Positions 58,857-64,000 of a stretch of DNA of 64,000 nt are shown here, piece by piece (position 1 is the first letter of the stretch; each line of letters opens with the position of its first letter). The notes beneath the pieces are model-generated. The model was not told the origin of the DNA, made no database searches, and worked only from the letters and a program-made list of their open reading frames with translations. A program made the position numbers and the translations under genes. Location of the stretch: the NCBI GenBank assembly GCA_964016885.1, contig CAXHJY010000435.1:1-64000 (forward strand), written 5' to 3'. This DNA comes from Eledone cirrhosa (taxonomy: Eukaryota).

Positions 58857-58931
58857 ACTAAGGAATTGTGGTAAGGAACCAGATGGACTATATCGCACCA
58901 GAGTACTCAATACTTAGGGTAGTAAAGTGGG

Positions 58932-58935
<4 letters not shown>
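58857..58935. mobile_element. Family D pseudo-LTR, tail only
   Basis: Matches 26458-26538; inside (TA)n. Confidence 0.7.
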
Positions 58936-58976
<41 letters not shown>

Positions 58977-59061
58977 CATATATATAGTCATATGTATGTG
59001 TATATATATATATATATATATCCATATATGTGTCTGTGTGTATGTATATATATATATATAT

Positions 59062-59180
59062 ATAATTGTTTCTACTTTTGGCACAAGGCCACCAAATACC
59101 CAGTACATTACTGGTACTTTATTTTATCGACCCCGTAAGGATGAAAGGCAAAGTTGACCTCGGCAGGATTTGAACTCGGA
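59062..59180 (-). mobile_element. 5'-truncated Meta-core SINE
   Basis: Consensus core and 3' end. Confidence 0.85.
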
Positions 59181-59237
59181 ATGGAAATATATATATATAT
59201 AATACATACACACATATATGGATATATATATATATAT

Positions 59238-59269
<32 letters not shown>

Positions 59270-59301
59270 GGATATACATATATATACACACACATATATG
59301 G

Positions 59302-59361
<60 letters not shown>

Positions 59362-60326
59362 GGATATATATATATATATGGATATACATGTATATACACA
59401 CACATATATGGATATACATATATATACACACACATATATGGATATATATATATACACACATATATATATGCATATATATATATATATGGATATACATATA
59501 TATACACACAGATATATGGATATATATATATATATACAGACACATATATATATATGCATATATATATATATATGGATATATATATATATACACAGACACA
59601 TATGTGGATATATATATACACACATATATATATGCATATATAGATATCTATGTATGTATGTATGTATGTATGTATGTATGTATCTATACAATATATATAC
59701 AGGTAAATTGTAATCTCAGTGTACTAAATTGAATCATTGAAATAGAATTCTACTCATAATGAAATTTTATTACTATATCTACCCATAACCGATTTAACCT
59801 CGATCACTTCTAAGGAGAAATCTTCCAATTATACCAATACGATATATTATTGTGGCTCATGAATACTGCGCTATTTTGAAGTTCAGCGATGGAGCATGGA
59901 ATGATAATTATGGAGGCAATTAATTCACATCTGCTGCCGACGTTCCAGATAAAAGTATAATCAATAAAATCACACATACATAGACAAATACGTGATCTTA
60001 GTTGCAGTGGCTATAATGGACTTCAGACATCCCCTTACATATGGAAATATGCACATATACACGCATTCACGAACACACATACAGATACATAAACAGAGAC
60101 ACAAAGACATCAAATTAGCCAATGCGAAACGAAATTTGTAAAAAAAAAAACGTACAAGATATGAAACTTTATACACAGACAAACCGCATCAAATCTAAAC
60201 TATAAACAATGGGTGACTAACGAATAAGAAAGTGATACGACGACAGCCGCTGACAACATCCTCATAAATAGTATTAGAAATAGTCAATGGAAATGATACA
60301 CGCATACACAATATTAAACGCTCTCC

Positions 60327-60377
<51 letters not shown>

Positions 60378-60712
60378 ATAATAATAAAATTGAAGACTAA
60401 AATCCAAAGAGGGCTCGATAAGGAAAATATATATCAAATATATAAGAACCGTAGAGCAAATATTTATTAAAATAACAGATTAAAGTTTAAGCAAAGAATC
60501 GCTGCTTTCACCCTTAACGGGATCTTCTGAAACTAACAAAGTCAATCTGTAAACGCAGAACAGGATATTTCAAAAAACATTGCAACCGGAGGAAGACAGG
60601 AAGACGATACTTTGGTTCGTGGTAACGTTCGCTATGCAAATAAGTAAAGGAATAAACAAAACATATAGTTAACTCCCACATCAAGACGTAAAATATCCAC
60701 GTATAGATCGTG

Positions 60713-61588
60713 CTATCCGTTAGGGTATAACGTGGGGCTGTAATACAGGAAAGTTTTGTGCAATTTATGTTTACAAGCCGAAATTGCCTCAGATTTTTTG
60801 TTTAAGATGTGGTCTGTAGCGTAGAGTATTTCCAGGGCCTCAGCGGCGCAGAGGTCACATGGTCTTTTATTTCCGTTATACGATCTAGCCCTAGCTAAGA
60901 TCTCCCAGTGTAACTTATATTGGGTGTGATTGTCTTTTAGACTCCAGATATAAGCTGAAAGTGACGTCATATTCCTTCTTAGAGGGTAACGAAAAGAATG
61001 GGTATGCATGTAAAGACGCTGCTTGAAACTATTGGCGGTTAACCCTATGTAGGCCCTACGGGACGTGGGTGTTACAACCTTACATTTATAGACAATGTTA
61101 CTAGAGAGGCATTTCCCGGATAGGGGGCAATCAGCCCGATTCCTACAATTACAGTTAGTACTAACTACAGGGTTGCACGTGTTCCTACGGCTAGGTAGTT
61201 TAGCTAAATTTGAAGCTGTGATGTTATGTGCAAGGTTAGGAGTCGTACAGTAAGAAATTTTAATAGTATTTCTATTAAAAATTTTACTATATTTATGTGT
61301 AGGGGGAAAATGCTTCGTAATAAGGGAAAGAAAGATCTTAGCTAATGGTGTGGCCACCTCCATATTATATGGTGGGTTAAACCAACAAATGCGACGGGAT
61401 CTATTTCTTCTAGGTCTATTTTCGTACTCTGTATATGTTACCTTATCGACAAATCCACTTCGAGCAAGAGCTTCATTGTAATAAGTGGAATGGTCGTTGA
61501 AAATGCGCTCGTTGGTGGAAAGACGGGAAAGCCTCAACGAAACGTTTCTTACCAGGTTCTTGGTTATGCTGGCAGGATGGTTGGAATG
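60713..61588 (-). CDS. Partial PLE polyprotein: RT thumb, linker and GIY-YIG endonuclease (no true start; frame open to 61588)
   Basis: HSNHP thumb motif upstream of the tracked ORF start, WFNPPY, CNCRNRADCPLSGKC, NIVY...YIGLT..FKQR..H, CDLC..E, LNKKSE..CKH. Confidence 0.88.
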   Translation of the reverse strand, partial: HSNHPASITKNLVRNVSLRLSRLSTNERIFNDHSTYYNEALARSGFVDKVTYTEYENRPRRNRSRRICWFNPPYNMEVATPLAKIFLSLITKHFPPTHKYSKIFNRNTIKISYCTTPNLAHNITASNLAKLPSRRNTCNPVVSTNCNCRNRADCPLSGKCLSSNIVYKCKVVTPTSRRAYIGLTANSFKQRLYMHTHSFRYPLRRNMTSLSAYIWSLKDNHTQYKLHWEILARARSYNGNKRPCDLCAAEALEILYATDHILNKKSEAISACKHKLHKTFLYYSPTLYPNG

Positions 61589-61722
61589 CTTACTTATTTA
61601 TTTGCTTACTTACTTATTTGCATAGCGAACGTTACCACGAACCTAAGTATCGTCTTCCTGTCTTCCTCCGGTTGCAATGTTTTTTGAAATATCCAGTTCT
61701 GCGTTTACAGATTGACTTTGTT

Positions 61723-61773
61723 AGTTTCAGAAGATCCCGTTAAGGGTGAAAGCAGCGATTCTTTGCTTAAACT
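61723..61773 (+). ncRNA. Variant type I hammerhead motif (family C); element-sense copy at 60484-60534 (-)
   Basis: Stem I AGTTT/AAACT, core CAGAAGA, stem II CCC/GGG, GAAA, stem III AGCA/TGCT, triplet CUU. Confidence 0.6.
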
Positions 61774-61982
61774 TTAATCTGTTATTTTAATAAATATATA
61801 TATATATCGGTTTTTTCCCTGGATTACACAAAATCTGTGGATAAAATTTCTGTCTTGACTTTTTTTTGAATTGAGATTGAATTATTTTCCCATATCTTAC
61901 GCTAAATATTTTCCATCTTGACATAATAGTCACTTATATGTATGAATTACTGTTGGCTTCTTGTTCACATTAATTTCTCTAT

Positions 61983-62037
<55 letters not shown>

Positions 62038-62041
<4 letters not shown>

Positions 62042-62203
62042 TAATAATAAATGTGAAAACTAAATTCAAAAGAGGGCTCTATAAGGATATATATATATCA
62101 AAAATATAAGAACCATAGAGCAAACATTTATTAAAATTTCAGAAGATCCCGTTAAGGGTGAAAGCAGCAATTCTTTGCTTAAACTTTAATCTCTTATTTT
62201 AAT
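62038..62203. mobile_element. Family C pseudo-LTR remnant (tail joined to an inverted hammerhead arm)
   Basis: 62038-62137 is collinear with 60377-60473; 62138-62203 is the opposite-strand arm. Confidence 0.8.
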
Positions 62204-62280
62204 ATATATATATTACTCTCTACGTATATATATTTCACTCTCTACGTATCTTTCTATTTCCTTTTTTTTATCTATTATTC

Positions 62281-62400
62281 TATCTTCTGATGAAGGACTA
62301 GTATCCGAAATGTTAAATCTTACTATATCAAGCGTTAAACTAATATCTTTCTTCATTGTAGTCTGTCGTTTGCTATGTAATTTCTGTTTACTTTCTTTAC
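62281..62400 (+). mobile_element. Family F pseudo-LTR remnant with a minimal hammerhead core (62287-62314)
   Basis: CTGATGA-AGGACTAGTATCC-GAAATGTT; shares ATATCAAGCGTTAAA with the copy near 37250. Confidence 0.6.
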
Positions 62401-62999
62401 ACTCTCACACACACACGAGTGTCAGCTTTTCATTCTAACACTGAAGAAAACACAATTGATGAGTCTCAGATAAAAAAGAAAATACCTGGGGAAATTAGTA
62501 ACACATCTGAATATATCACTTCAGACAGGGTAATTGTATATTTATTACAAGACTTATACCATATCTAAAAATGAAAAAAAAAAACCAAGTGTCTTTATAT
62601 ATATCGTTTGGCGGTTGACATATTTAATTATCTTTGAGTTTTTGAAAATGCTATAGTATAGAACCCAATGTTGATTATTGAAATACTCTAATAAATATTG
62701 ACATTGAATATTTATAGTACCAATAGAATTACTTAAAACCCAAACAAGGTGAAGCGAATGATTTTTTTCTATAAAGATATTCAACTCTGCCTCCCACGCT
62801 AAAATATGAATATTTATCATCATATTGTAAGATAAAAAGTTTCAGAGTGTCAAGCAACTGTCGTGGATGGGTTGTGTAGATAGATATAGTTAAACAGATG
62901 TCAATTCTTATGAGAATATGATCTTAAGTTTACTTTCAATGAATTGTGACTGACCCTCGGAAGAGAGCGAGATTCTAACCCACTCTTCCAAAGTATATA

Positions 63000-63882
63000 C
63001 GAGGTGTGTCAGAAAACTTCCAGGACTGATGTCACAAAAGATTTATTTTAAACCCAAACTTCACACTAAGAGTTTTCCTCCTTCAAAGTAATACCCCTGG
63101 AGTCTAATGCACTTTTCCATCATTTTCTGCCACGCTTGCATGCACTCCTGGAAGGATTCTTCCGGGATCCTCCGCAGCTCCGTCGTCACGGCCTTTTTGA
63201 TGTCGTCCACGTCTTCAAAACGGGTCCCCTCCGGGTAGTACTCAAGATCCATGGCTCATCACCGGTGATGACTGTCCCTAGCACATCTGGTTCGGTTTCA
63301 AGACGCTCGAAGATGTCCTTGCACACTTGCATGCGTCGACCCTCTGGTCATCGTTCAGCACTTTTGGCACCATCTTCGCGCAGACTTTCCGCATATCCAA
63401 ATCTTCAGTGAGAATCTTCCAGACGCTTTCCCGATTCATGCCCAGCTCATTTGCCATCAGTCGAACAGTCAGCCGACGATCGCTACGCACCATCTGTCCG
63501 ACGCGCTCAACGTTGACCTCAATCCTGGTTGTTGAGGGCTTTCCGTTCCTGCGGTCATCTTGCACCACTCAAAAACACGTGAGCGTGACATCGTCTCATC
63601 TCCATACACTTGCTGCAGCAATCCCAGTTCTTCTGACGGAGTTTTCCCCAACCGTACCAGAAACTTCAAGTTTGTTCGTTGCTCTGTGCTCATTGCTTGA
63701 CGACCTGAAACAGAGGACATGTATATAAAATTATGAAGAAAAAAGTTTGATCGCTGCAGAGAGCTAAGATTACAGTTACATACTCCAGGGGGATAATTTG
63801 AAGAGGAAACTCTTAGTGTGAAGTTTGGGTTTGAAATAAATCTTTTGTGACATCACTCCTGGAACTTTTCTGACACACCTCG
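63000..63882 (-). mobile_element. Internally deleted mariner transposon (883 bp), irritans-like
   Basis: Inverted termini starting CGAGGTGTGTCAGAAAA, TA on both sides; inverted homology extends about 100 bp (63000-63103 and 63782-63882). Confidence 0.92.
63061..63693 (-). pseudogene. Mariner transposase remnant
   Basis: MSTEQRTNLKFLVRLGKT...MSRSRVFEW, DRRLTVR, KVCAKMVPKVL, VITGDE, then a deletion to GTRFEDVDDIK...KCIRLQGYYFEG; several frameshifts; most of the catalytic domain is missing. Confidence 0.9.
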
Positions 63883-63927
63883 TATATATATTTATCCTTA
63901 TCGAGCCCTCTTTGTTATTATTATTTC

Positions 63928-64000
<73 letters not shown>

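Larger units (their letters stand above)
60375..61797 (-). mobile_element. 5'-truncated Penelope-like retroelement with an inverted pseudo-LTR (family C), probably Hydra clade
   Basis: RT thumb and GIY-YIG coding region; 188-bp inverted arms 60460-60647 and 61610-61797; 85-bp unpaired tail; (TA)n on both sides. Confidence 0.9.

Overview
Very AT-rich animal DNA, intergenic or intronic. It is most likely from an octopod cephalopod, inferred from the tRNA-headed Meta-core SINE, the kilobase (TA)n arrays and the mix of LINE, Penelope-like and mariner elements. There are no prokaryotic features and no confidently identifiable host gene. Nearly all long ORFs in the track are Tyr/Ile artefacts of (TA)n microsatellites. 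Recognisable content: two near-identical CR1-type LINE 3' fragments (1-1590 +, 42461-43833 -), a 5'-inverted RTE LINE fragment (54393-54825), an RTE-derived non-autonomous family, about 20 Meta-core SINE copies, an internally deleted mariner (63000-63882), several minisatellites, and a 5'-truncated Penelope-like element (PLE) with a GIY-YIG endonuclease (60375-61797). The most striking pattern: at least eight unrelated short repeat families, mostly inside or beside (TA)n tracts, each carry a full or partial type I hammerhead-ribozyme motif (CNGANGA ... GAAA ... NUH). Several have the same asymmetric fold-back shape. One of these families is the terminal repeat of the GIY-YIG PLE. A weak candidate host promoter/first exon (about 12237-12660, -) and a candidate second exon (5523-5616, -) are also noted. 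All folds and alignments were done by eye.
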